Below are positions 46,428 through 55,003 of a stretch of DNA of 64,000 nucleotides, one piece after another. A program made the position numbers and the translations under genes. The notes below the pieces were generated by a model. That model saw only the letters and a list, made by a program, of their open reading frames with translations, was not told where the DNA came from and ran no database searches. Source of the DNA: Candidatus Aenigmatarchaeota archaeon (GTDB lineage Archaea; Aenigmatarchaeota; Aenigmatarchaeia; QMZP01; QMZT01); assembly GCA_011772645.1 (NCBI GenBank), contig WVZE01000001.1, forward strand, positions 17,888-81,887. Reading direction: 5' to 3'. Within the stretch, counting starts at the first letter, position 1. Every line of letters begins with the position of its first letter.

Positions 46428-47402
46428 GAACTCCTCGAATCCTTTGACTGTTATCTGAGTTGCTGCATCCACGTAGTATATGTAACCCAGCTTTATCTCG
46501 AAGTTTTTCTTGACCTTGTTCGTGGGTGGCTGCGTCACTTGGAATTCGCATGTTACGTCCGTGTACTTTCCGTTCCAAACCCTAACGTATCTTCCGAATG
46601 CCGGAGTTGACAGGAATGGCGGCAGGTTTTCATAGATGCCTGTCCCGAATTGGATCTGTCTTGGACAGTCACCGACCGGTATAACACCATCAGGCCATAC
46701 AACCTCGATAGCGACCGGGTAATCCCTTCCGAATATCTGTCCTCCTCCCGTGTTGTCTATCCTTATCTGGAGCTGGAATTTGGATTCCCTCCATTCCCTT
46801 GCCTTCACGAACTGTCCTGTATCAACCGTAACACTCAGCGGGCCGGATGTTAGTACGGTGGCTTCTGTGTCCAGGGTTCCTCCTCCCTGTACCACTCTTC
46901 TGAGTTCCTCGGCCGTCACAAACCACACTGGTTTGGTCGCTCGCGTCTCATAGTAATAGTAAATCCTTGCAATTGGTTCGTATGTCATTCTCTGGTTTCT
47001 GGAAAGTGTTGGTGTTATCACGTCCCAGTCTGCCCTTCCCCTTCCGCCTTCTGTCTGCATTTCCGGATCAGGAGCAAGCAGCAAACCAAGGTCCCTGTAA
47101 ACATCTCCGTACAAATTCCATTCGGTCGTGTCTATTCCTGTAAGCTCCGCGACTGTCGGAGCGTTGTTGTAGTCTCCCCTGTTGACAACTTCCAGATGGA
47201 GACTTACTGGTTCGTCCGATTCGATGGGCGTTGTCTGGCCTAATGTTGGTTGGAAGATTTCAACAAAAATTCCTTGTCCTCCTCCTGTTGCTGGTCCAAC
47301 ACCAGGCATGGTACAACCAGAGGTTACGGTAACTGCAGCAATGAATAACAGCAAAAAGAACTTCACGTTCCTTCCGAATGCTGTTCCCATCATCTTTATC
47401 AT
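46422..47402 (-). CDS. Secreted lipobox-type surface protein, paralogue 3 of 4
   Basis: The signal and lipobox are 'IAAVTVTSGCTMPG'. Family motifs are 'GIFVEIF', 'VVNRGD', 'LAPDP', 'RIYYYYET', 'DNTGGG' and 'LGYIYYVDAATQITV'. Confidence 0.6.
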   Translation of the reverse strand: MIKMMGTAFGRNVKFFLLLFIAAVTVTSGCTMPGVGPATGGGQGIFVEIFQPTLGQTTPIESDEPVSLHLEVVNRGDYNNAPTVAELTGIDTTEWNLYGDVYRDLGLLLAPDPEMQTEGGRGRADWDVITPTLSRNQRMTYEPIARIYYYYETRATKPVWFVTAEELRRVVQGGGTLDTEATVLTSGPLSVTVDTGQFVKAREWRESKFQLQIRIDNTGGGQIFGRDYPVAIEVVWPDGVIPVGDCPRQIQFGTGIYENLPPFLSTPAFGRYVRVWNGKYTDVTCEFQVTQPPTNKVKKNFEIKLGYIYYVDAATQITVKGFEEFV

Positions 47403-47450
47403 TTTAATATTTAACCTGTTACGCTTATAAATTTAATTTGTGTTCAGAAA

Positions 47451-48434
47451 TCAATCCAGCTCGATCTCCGGCTCTATCGTTAATCTGATCTTCTTGGTGA
47501 ATTTGTAGGAATACTTGATTTTCGAGGTGAGCTGGTAGGTTTTCTCCTGGGTTATCCACCCAGGATTTCTTGGTTCTATTTCGCACGAGAATTTCGGCGA
47601 GGTTTTTCCGATAAGTTTCAGTCCTTCTTCATCTATTTTTTCCTTGCATTTTTCACATCCTGTTACCTCCTCTTCGCCTGTTGCCTCACTTTTGGCACAA
47701 CCTATTTCTATATCGTCCTTCACTATCGTATTTCCTTCAAGTTCTCCTCTTCCCCTGTTCTCGACCCAGAAGGTCATCATGCCCTTCCCAGTTGATTTTA
47801 CATCCGCATCCGGTCTTATGTCCACCATTATCGGCTGGTCAGGAGCCTCTATGTACGATTTTACAGGACCTTCGCCCACGACTATGGTTCCCTTCTCGCT
47901 GAACGTCTTGCCCTGGGAAATCAGGTTCTCGAGCTCCTGCTGGTTCACGAAACTCACGGAAGATGTGGTGTGTGTTGTGTATGTATAACTAACAAGAACC
48001 CCGACATCGCAGGGTGTTTTTATCCTCATTGAGTTCGCCTTCATCTTCCAGTCGACTATAGCGGTCGATTGCGGATACATCTTATCGATCGTGCATTTTT
48101 TGTCCTGGAAGCTCCCCCCGGTGCATATGCTTCCCGTTGTTTCGAATATCCCGCAGTCGTCATACAGCTCTATCTCCACGGTTTCCTGTGGGTCGCTCTC
48201 GGGCTTCTGGAGGTTCTGGACGTACGCGCGAAGCGTTAGGGTCTGCCCGGACCTTATCGTGTGGGACGGGATGGCCTGCAGACTCTGTATGAAAACAACG
48301 TCGTGTCTGAACTCCTCCACGTTTGGTCCGAAGAGGTCGGAAATTATTGGTATCCTGAAATCCGTTCCGGGTATTACGCATCCAGAAATCATCAGCAGTG
48401 GTACCAGGAGGGTTATCAGCAAAGGTTTCCTCAT
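47451..48434 (-). CDS. Secreted lipobox-type surface protein, paralogue 4 of 4 (most divergent)
   Basis: The signal and lipobox are 'LVPLLMISGCVIPG'. It has the same length and two-half layout, with 'VSYTYTT', 'QQELENLISQGKTF' and 'VENRGRG'. It is Cys-rich. Confidence 0.55.
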   Translation of the reverse strand: MRKPLLITLLVPLLMISGCVIPGTDFRIPIISDLFGPNVEEFRHDVVFIQSLQAIPSHTIRSGQTLTLRAYVQNLQKPESDPQETVEIELYDDCGIFETTGSICTGGSFQDKKCTIDKMYPQSTAIVDWKMKANSMRIKTPCDVGVLVSYTYTTHTTSSVSFVNQQELENLISQGKTFSEKGTIVVGEGPVKSYIEAPDQPIMVDIRPDADVKSTGKGMMTFWVENRGRGELEGNTIVKDDIEIGCAKSEATGEEEVTGCEKCKEKIDEEGLKLIGKTSPKFSCEIEPRNPGWITQEKTYQLTSKIKYSYKFTKKIRLTIEPEIELD

Positions 48435-48507
48435 AATAATATTTTGGCAGTTTCAAATAAAAAGGTATAAAAGGTAACTATTTTATTGTTCAAAAGAAAA
48501 ACTTATT

Positions 48508-48987
48508 ATGAAGGGCCAGTTTGTTTTTGAGTTTCTTATAGCAGGGGTGATATTTTTCGCGATAGTTCTTTACGCGATGAACTATTTGAACGTGAATGTC
48601 TCTGATTTTAAGGGGAGGTTTTACGTGGATAAGCTGCAGAGCAAAGCGCTGCAGATATCGGAGATACTCGGGAATGAAAAGTCGTCTGTCGGCCTTGTTG
48701 AGGGTCCTTATCTGTTCAACGCCAGTAAAATAGCGGACTTCAACACAACATATTGCATAGACCGGGCGGGGTATATGAAAATGAGGGAGGATTTCGAGCT
48801 CACAGAAAAAACAGAATATGGTGAGAGGATGCATAACGCGAACATAACCCTGGTCACGGAATCCGGAATTCCTATCTTACAGTGTGGCTACACCATCCCC
48901 ATGTGGACAGAGAAAGCGGAGATAGAAAGGTTTGGTATCTTGAACGAAAACAACGAGCTGGTAACCCTGAGGGTAATTGTCTGGTAA
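48508..48987 (+). CDS. Pilin-like protein with a class III signal peptide (G|QFVFE, Glu at +5)
   Basis: The N-terminus is 'MKGQFVFEFLIAGVIFFAIVLYAM'. It is transcribed divergently from the four-paralogue cluster across a 73-bp spacer. Confidence 0.55.
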   Translation: MKGQFVFEFLIAGVIFFAIVLYAMNYLNVNVSDFKGRFYVDKLQSKALQISEILGNEKSSVGLVEGPYLFNASKIADFNTTYCIDRAGYMKMREDFELTEKTEYGERMHNANITLVTESGIPILQCGYTIPMWTEKAEIERFGILNENNELVTLRVIVW

Positions 48988-49025
48988 AGGTTATTAACTA
49001 CGTTCTCCATATATTAAGTGATAAA

Positions 49026-49667
49026 ATGAAGATAATAATCGTCGGTGGTGGATCAATCGGCGAGGCCCTGGCCGGGCTGCTGATAAAGGAAAAGCACGAT
49101 GTCGTCGTTATAGAGAAGGACGAAAAGCTCGCCGAACAGCTTGCCGAGAAACTAGATGCGCTCGTTCTGCATGGCGATGGGACGGACAAGAACATACTGA
49201 AGGACGCAAACATAAACAATGTTGATGCCGTCGTGAGCATCACGGACGATGACAAAACGAATCTTATGGTCTGCGAGGTAGCCAAGGGTGTCAACGTTCC
49301 CAACATAATAGCGAGGATAAACCAATCGGACAACGAAGGAATATTCACAAAGATAGGAATCACGAATCTTATCAACACGACAAACACAGCGATCCTCGCC
49401 TTCAAAAAGGCGCTGGAAAAACCGGGTAAACAGCTGATAAATCTAATAGCAGGGGGGAAAGGCGAAGTCTTCGAGGTGAGCGTGGGGAAGGATTCGAAAT
49501 TCGCAAACAAGACACTTGCGAATATCGCGAAAGGCTTCACCATCGCTTTTATTTACAGGAGTGATAAGCTCCTGCTCCCGAAACCGGAAACAAAGATCAA
49601 GGAGGGAGACATACTAACGATCTGTTCTCCTCTCGAAGAGGTTAAAAAGATAGAGAAAATGATTTAG
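49026..49667 (+). CDS. trkA: TrkA-type K+ transport NAD-binding protein (TrkA-N plus TrkA-C)
   Basis: 'MKIIIVGGGSIGEALAGLL...DVVVIEKD' is a Rossmann fold and the TrkA-C segment is 'EGDILTICSP'. The track ORF start at 48882 is rejected because it overlaps the upstream gene. Confidence 0.8.
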   Translation: MKIIIVGGGSIGEALAGLLIKEKHDVVVIEKDEKLAEQLAEKLDALVLHGDGTDKNILKDANINNVDAVVSITDDDKTNLMVCEVAKGVNVPNIIARINQSDNEGIFTKIGITNLINTTNTAILAFKKALEKPGKQLINLIAGGKGEVFEVSVGKDSKFANKTLANIAKGFTIAFIYRSDKLLLPKPETKIKEGDILTICSPLEEVKKIEKMI

Positions 49668-50998
49668 ACCTTCCTGGTTCCTTTTTTCTTAAAGAATTCC
49701 TTCAGAATTTCCCTAAGATCTGGTCTACCCTTCTCCTTCAGGTGATAGGTTATGTAAACAGAGGGCTTGTTTATCCTGATCAGCTCGGCGAGGTCCATGG
49801 GCGTTGCGATTATCACGAGATCGCAGGGGGTTCTGTTTATCGTTCTTTCTAGCTCTTTGATCTGCGTCTTTCCGTAACCCAGAGCGGGCAAAACCTCCTT
49901 GATCTGGGCGTATTTTTCGTACGCTCTCTTTATCGAACCTACTGCGTGTTCCTTTGGTCTAACGATGCGCTTCGCATGGAATTTTTTGGCGGCAACCCAG
50001 CCCGCCCCGTAGGACATCTCTCCGTGTGTCAGGGTGGGACCGTCCTCAACTATCAGAACCTTTCTGTTCCTTATCTTCTCCGGCTCGTCCGTTGTAACCT
50101 CTGAATTCGCGTGTATGATTTTTGCGGACGGGTTGGTTTTTCTGATAACTTTCCATACCCTTCTGATGTCCTCATTTTTTGCGGTGTTCTCCTTGTTTAT
50201 CACGACAACATCCGCCATCCGGAGGTTCGTTTCGCCAGGATAATATCTTATCCCGTGCCCCGGCCTGTGTGGGTCAGCGACTACTATGTGTAAATATGGT
50301 TTGAAGAAAGGGAAATCGTTGTTCCCTCCATCCCATAAGATTATGTCCGCTTCCTTTTCCGCCTCTTTCAGAATTTCCCCATAATCCACACCCGCATAAA
50401 CAACAAACCCGTTCTTGATGTGCTGTTCGTATTCTTCTCGTTCCTCGATCGTGCATTCGTGCCTGTATAAATCCCCGTAGTCAGCAAAACGCTGAGCGAT
50501 TTGCTTTCGCAAATCCCCGTAGGGCATTGGGTGACGGATCACGACGACTTTATAGCCCATTTCCTTTAGGATGAGGGAGATCCTTCGGGAGGTCTGTGAT
50601 TTGCCGCATCCTGTCCGGACAGCACAGACAGAAACGACCGGTTTTCTGGATTTGATCATTGTCGTTTCGCTGCCCATCAGGACAAAATCCGCTCCGTTCG
50701 CGTTCACAAGGCTTGCCTTATGCATAACGTTTTCGTATGATAAATCCGAATAGGCAAGAACAACCATATCTGCTTTATGTTTTTTTATAATTACAGGCAG
50801 ATCCTTTTCTTCATATATTGGTACGCCCTTGGGGTAGAGTTTCCCGGAGAGTTCTTTAGGATAGCATCTTCCGGAAATGTTCGGGATCTGCTCTGCCGTG
50901 AAGCAAACCACCTCATAATTTTTGTTGTTTCGAAAAAACACGTTGAAATTATGGAAATCCCTTCCGGCAGCTCCCATTATTATGACCTTTCGTTTCAT
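49664..50998 (-). CDS. COG2403-type P-loop protein (predicted GTPase / cyclic 2,3-diphosphoglycerate synthetase-like family)
   Basis: 'IIMGAAGRDFHNFN' and 'VCAVRTGCGKSQTS' (P-loop) are present in a 444-aa protein. The family assignment is from memory of the motif pattern and the function is uncertain. Confidence 0.5.
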   Translation of the reverse strand: MKRKVIIMGAAGRDFHNFNVFFRNNKNYEVVCFTAEQIPNISGRCYPKELSGKLYPKGVPIYEEKDLPVIIKKHKADMVVLAYSDLSYENVMHKASLVNANGADFVLMGSETTMIKSRKPVVSVCAVRTGCGKSQTSRRISLILKEMGYKVVVIRHPMPYGDLRKQIAQRFADYGDLYRHECTIEEREEYEQHIKNGFVVYAGVDYGEILKEAEKEADIILWDGGNNDFPFFKPYLHIVVADPHRPGHGIRYYPGETNLRMADVVVINKENTAKNEDIRRVWKVIRKTNPSAKIIHANSEVTTDEPEKIRNRKVLIVEDGPTLTHGEMSYGAGWVAAKKFHAKRIVRPKEHAVGSIKRAYEKYAQIKEVLPALGYGKTQIKELERTINRTPCDLVIIATPMDLAELIRINKPSVYITYHLKEKGRPDLREILKEFFKKKGTRKV

Positions 50999-52386
50999 CT
51001 CCTTTTCCTCTTCTCGTATTCCTCCGCCTCTTCGCTGAATTCGTATAAGACACGCATGGCCTTCGCTGCGTTCTGAGTGTAAGAGAACGTTGGGATCCCG
51101 AAATCTTCAAGGGATTTTTTCAGAACCTCTGTGTACTCCCCGCCCGCGGAAATCACGAAAATTGGCTTTTCGCTCGATTTGAAGGCGTTGGTTATGGTTT
51201 GGACGATGTCCCCTCCCAGCCTCGGGACCTGGAGCAGAACGATCAGACCTATCATGTCAACATTGGGATCCGCCAGGGCGGCGTCCAGTGCTTCCCTGTA
51301 TCTCTCAACATCCGCATCCCCCGTAAGATCAATCGGGTTTTTTAGAACAACGTAAGAGGGCATTTTCTTTCGAAGTCTCTCCGTGGTTTCTTTCTTCATC
51401 TTTGCGAGTGTTAGCCCGTTCTCCACGATGTTGTCGGAGAGGAGAACCCCGAACCCGCCTCCGTCTGTTATTATCTGAACCCTGTTGCCCTTTGGTCTGG
51501 AAAGCGTAGACAGCGTTCTTGCAAACCCGAAAAGCTCTTCCATGTCGTCCGCCTGTAAAACACCCGCCTGCTTGAAGGCGGCGGTGTACACCTCGAAAGA
51601 GCCTGCGAGCGAGCCTGTGTGAGAAGAGATCGCCTTATTTCCTGCCTCTGTCGTTCCGCCCTTCAGTATTATTATTGGTTTCACGCCCGATATCTTCTTA
51701 GTGACGTTCAGGAACTTTCTCCCTTCCCTCACCCCCTCGAAATAAGCGCAAATGACCTTTGTCTTTTTGTCCTCTGCCAGGTGTTCCATCAGGTCTGCCT
51801 CGTCGACGTCGACTGCGTTTCCGTAAGAGACGAATTTTGAAATTTTATATCCCTTTCTTGCCATCCAGTCAAGAACCACGGAGCCAACGGCTCCTGACTG
51901 TGTGATAAAGGATATGCCCCCCTCCTTTGGCCTCTCAAGCTTGTATCTCGGAAGGAAAATCATGTCAACCCCCGTGGACGGGTCAAAAATTCCGAGGCAG
52001 TTCGGTCCGATTATGCGTATCCCGTATCTCTTGGCGATTTTTTTCAGTCTGTCTTCCAGCTCGTCTTCCCCAACCTCCTTGAACCCGCCGCTCACGATCA
52101 CCACTGCGGGGATTCGTTTCTTCCCGCACTCCTCCAGGGCCTTCGGAGCGAATTCCGCAGGTATGGATATCACTGCAAGATCGATCTTCTCCTTTATCTG
52201 GGTTACGTTTGTGTAGCATTTTCTTCCGAGAAGTTTTTTTGTCTTGGGGTTGACAGGAAAAACCTTTCCCTTAAACCTCCCTTCAACAAAGTTCCTGAAA
52301 ACTATGTGCCCTATCTTTTTCTGGTCTCTGGAAGCTCCTATAACAGCGACGGACTTCGGGTTGAAAAAGCAGTTAATTTTATTCAT
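50995..52386 (-). CDS. acdA: ADP-forming acetyl-CoA synthetase alpha-type subunit (CoA-binding plus succinyl-CoA-ligase-like domains)
   Basis: 'PKSVAVIGASRDQKKIGH', 'VVIVSGGF' and 'GPNCLGI' are present, with a phospho-His-loop-like 'SHTGSLAG'. Confidence 0.75.
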   Translation of the reverse strand: MNKINCFFNPKSVAVIGASRDQKKIGHIVFRNFVEGRFKGKVFPVNPKTKKLLGRKCYTNVTQIKEKIDLAVISIPAEFAPKALEECGKKRIPAVVIVSGGFKEVGEDELEDRLKKIAKRYGIRIIGPNCLGIFDPSTGVDMIFLPRYKLERPKEGGISFITQSGAVGSVVLDWMARKGYKISKFVSYGNAVDVDEADLMEHLAEDKKTKVICAYFEGVREGRKFLNVTKKISGVKPIIILKGGTTEAGNKAISSHTGSLAGSFEVYTAAFKQAGVLQADDMEELFGFARTLSTLSRPKGNRVQIITDGGGFGVLLSDNIVENGLTLAKMKKETTERLRKKMPSYVVLKNPIDLTGDADVERYREALDAALADPNVDMIGLIVLLQVPRLGGDIVQTITNAFKSSEKPIFVISAGGEYTEVLKKSLEDFGIPTFSYTQNAAKAMRVLYEFSEEAEEYEKRKRR

Positions 52387-52441
52387 AAGAATATTATCTA
52401 GTCTTGATTATTAATTTTTATTTCCGAGGTAAATAATAATT

Positions 52442-53620
52442 ATGGCTGATGTTGAGATTTCTGAGAGGGAGGAACAGCTCCCTGTGTCGACAATCGGGGA
52501 ACTCATTAAGATCGCGGAGGAGAAGGAGGGGATTGTCTCTCTGGGTCCCGGAGAACCCGATTTTGGTTCGCCCAAGAACATAATAGATTTTGCCTGCAGG
52601 AAACTGAAAGAGGGGTTTACACACTACTCCCCCCCGGGCGGGAGGAGTGAACTGAAGGAAGCGGTTGCAAAAAAACTAAGGAGGGACAACAAGATACGCG
52701 TCTCCCCTGATCAGGTTATCATCACGTGCGGTTCAACAGAGGCGATTCTTTTGAACCTGATATGCACGATCGATCCAGGAGAGGGTGTTCTCATCCCTGA
52801 TCCTGGTTTTCTCGCTTACAAGCCTGCTGTCGAGATCTTGAACGGCATGCCTCTCTGCATTCCACACCAAGAAAAGGACGGGTTTCAGTTTAAAATCGAG
52901 GAAGCGGAAAGTGCTATAGTCCCGGAAAAAACAAAGGTTATGATAATAAACACCCCATCAAATCCTACCGGGGTTGTGTTTAAAAAGAAAACGCTGGAGG
53001 AAATCGCAGATTTCGCTTGCGAATATGACCTGTGTGTGATATCTGATGAAGCATATGAGAAACTGATTTATGATGGAGAAAAACACGTTTCGATAGGATC
53101 GTTAAATGGGATGGAAGAGAGGGTTTTAACTCTGCAGTCCTTTTCAAAAACGTATGCCATGCCTGGGTTCCGTGTAGGCTATGCTGCCGGCCCGGAAGAG
53201 GCGATAAACGCCATGAAAAAGGTTCACATTTATTCATCCATCTGTGCTCCGACGGTTTCGCAGCTTGCCGCGCTGGAGGCGCTGGGGGGATCGCAGGCGT
53301 GTGTGAAGAAGATGGTCAAGGAATATGACCGAAGGAGGAAACTGATAATAAAACGGCTGAATGAGATCCCTGGTTTTTCCTGCGTAAAACCTAAAGGGGC
53401 CTTCTACGCGTTTCCCAATATAGAAAGGTTTGGAATGAAATCACTGAAATTTTCCAGGTGGTTGATTGAAAAGGCCGGTGTCGCGACTGTCCCAGGAACA
53501 GAGTTTGGAAGGCGCGGAGAAGGGCATATCAGGTGTTCCTATGCAACGTCTTATGAGAAGATTGGAATTGCGTTGGATAGGATTGAAAAAACAACCAAAA
53601 AACTGAAGTTGGGTAGATAA
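52442..53620 (+). CDS. Class I/II pyridoxal-phosphate-dependent aminotransferase (aspartate aminotransferase-like)
   Basis: 'NTPSNPTG' and 'SFSKTYAMPGFRVGY' (PLP lysine) are present, together with 'R.SYA'. Confidence 0.85.
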   Translation: MADVEISEREEQLPVSTIGELIKIAEEKEGIVSLGPGEPDFGSPKNIIDFACRKLKEGFTHYSPPGGRSELKEAVAKKLRRDNKIRVSPDQVIITCGSTEAILLNLICTIDPGEGVLIPDPGFLAYKPAVEILNGMPLCIPHQEKDGFQFKIEEAESAIVPEKTKVMIINTPSNPTGVVFKKKTLEEIADFACEYDLCVISDEAYEKLIYDGEKHVSIGSLNGMEERVLTLQSFSKTYAMPGFRVGYAAGPEEAINAMKKVHIYSSICAPTVSQLAALEALGGSQACVKKMVKEYDRRRKLIIKRLNEIPGFSCVKPKGAFYAFPNIERFGMKSLKFSRWLIEKAGVATVPGTEFGRRGEGHIRCSYATSYEKIGIALDRIEKTTKKLKLGR

Positions 53621-53628
53621 CGCCCTGG

Positions 53629-53732
53629 TTTCTTATGGAAGTGTTTTTTTGTGGGGGTTGTGTTTAACACCCATAATATAACAGTGTAATACAATTTCCA
53701 GTGGAAGCTTTTAAAACTGTTTCCATAAGAAA
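53629..53732. other. Candidate replication origin (ORB-like elements) upstream of cdc6
   Basis: A perfect 12-bp inverted repeat, 'tttcttatggaa' (53629..53640) and 'ttccataagaaa' (53721..53732), brackets the palindromic ORB-like 'TTTCCAGTGGAAG' (53695..53707). The position directly upstream of orc1/cdc6 matches the classical archaeal oriC arrangement. Confidence 0.5.
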
Positions 53733-53784
53733 TCATAGGGTTGTGGAGAAAAGAATTTAAACCCCTATTTCATATGGAGATATT

Positions 53785-54981
53785 ATGGCTCAAATTTCTC
53801 TCAACGAGATATTTCAGGGTTATGTTGGAAGGAGAGGCGTGTTCAAAAACAAAGAAACACTATCAATAGCATTCACACCGGACAACATACCACACAGGGA
53901 GGAACAGATAAAACAGTTGGGTATGATCTTGGCTCCGGTGTTGAGAAAGGAGAAACCATCGAACGTTTTTATTTATGGGAAAACAGGGACAGGGAAATCG
54001 TTGTGCGCGAGCCACACAATAAAAAAACTCAGCGACCAAACCAACGGGAAACTGAAAACCATATACATAAACTGTAAGATGAGAAGGGTTTCGGATACAG
54101 AGTATCGCCTGCTCTCACAACTGATATCCTTTTTTGGCGTTGAGGTTCCCTATACCGGCCTCCCCACGGACAGCCTTTATAAAAAGTTCTTTAATCTCTT
54201 GGACCAAGGAGAGGGGAACACCCTCCTGGTTTTGGATGAAATAGACGCCCTGGTCAAGAAGGTTGGTGACGGTATACTTTACAACCTAACGAGAATTAAC
54301 CAAGAACTCAAAAAAACCAAGTTAACGATAGTGGGAATATCAAACAACATATCCTTCATCAACGACATGGACCCGAGGGTTAGATCTTCCCTTTCAGAGG
54401 AAGAGGCCGTCTTCCCGCCCTACAACGCCTCCGAACTGAGAGACATACTCACCGAGAGATCACAGCTTGCGTTCAACCCGGGCACGGTCTCCTCGGGAGT
54501 GATAGAAAAATGTTCTGCCCTTGCCGCGCAGGAACACGGAGACGCAAGGAAAGCGCTTGACCTCTTAAGGGTTGCCGGGGAGGTCGCGGAAAGGATGGGG
54601 AACGAGAAGGTTTTGAAGGAACACGTGGATCTTGCGGAAAAGAAACTGGACACGGACAAGACGCTGGAAATAACCAAAACTCAGCCAAGGCAGTCTCAGT
54701 GCGTTCTCCTTTCCATACTCGAGCTCTTCCGCAAGGGAACGAAGAACACACAGACAGGCGACATCTACGATGTTTATATCCAGATATGCAGAAGGAACAA
54801 TTTGAAGGTTCTAACGCAGAGAAGGGTTTCGGATCTAATTTCCGAACTGGATATGTTCGGGATCGTAAATTCAAAGGTCATCTCCAAGGGAAGGTACGGA
54901 AGAACAAGGGAGATAAAGCTGAATCTTTCGGGTGAGATGATAACAAGGATTGAAAACTTTTTGAAGGAAGAGTTTATTTAA
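53785..54981 (+). CDS. cdc6: Orc1/Cdc6 replication initiator
   Basis: 'PHREEQIKQL', Walker A 'GKTGTGKS' and Walker B 'LVLDEID' are present, with sensor motifs and a C-terminal winged helix. A TATA-like 'ATTTAAAC' lies 23-30 nt upstream, suggesting a near-leaderless transcript. Confidence 0.9.
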   Translation: MAQISLNEIFQGYVGRRGVFKNKETLSIAFTPDNIPHREEQIKQLGMILAPVLRKEKPSNVFIYGKTGTGKSLCASHTIKKLSDQTNGKLKTIYINCKMRRVSDTEYRLLSQLISFFGVEVPYTGLPTDSLYKKFFNLLDQGEGNTLLVLDEIDALVKKVGDGILYNLTRINQELKKTKLTIVGISNNISFINDMDPRVRSSLSEEEAVFPPYNASELRDILTERSQLAFNPGTVSSGVIEKCSALAAQEHGDARKALDLLRVAGEVAERMGNEKVLKEHVDLAEKKLDTDKTLEITKTQPRQSQCVLLSILELFRKGTKNTQTGDIYDVYIQICRRNNLKVLTQRRVSDLISELDMFGIVNSKVISKGRYGRTREIKLNLSGEMITRIENFLKEEFI

Positions 54982-55003
54982 ATCTAAATCCCAAGAATGA
55001 AAA

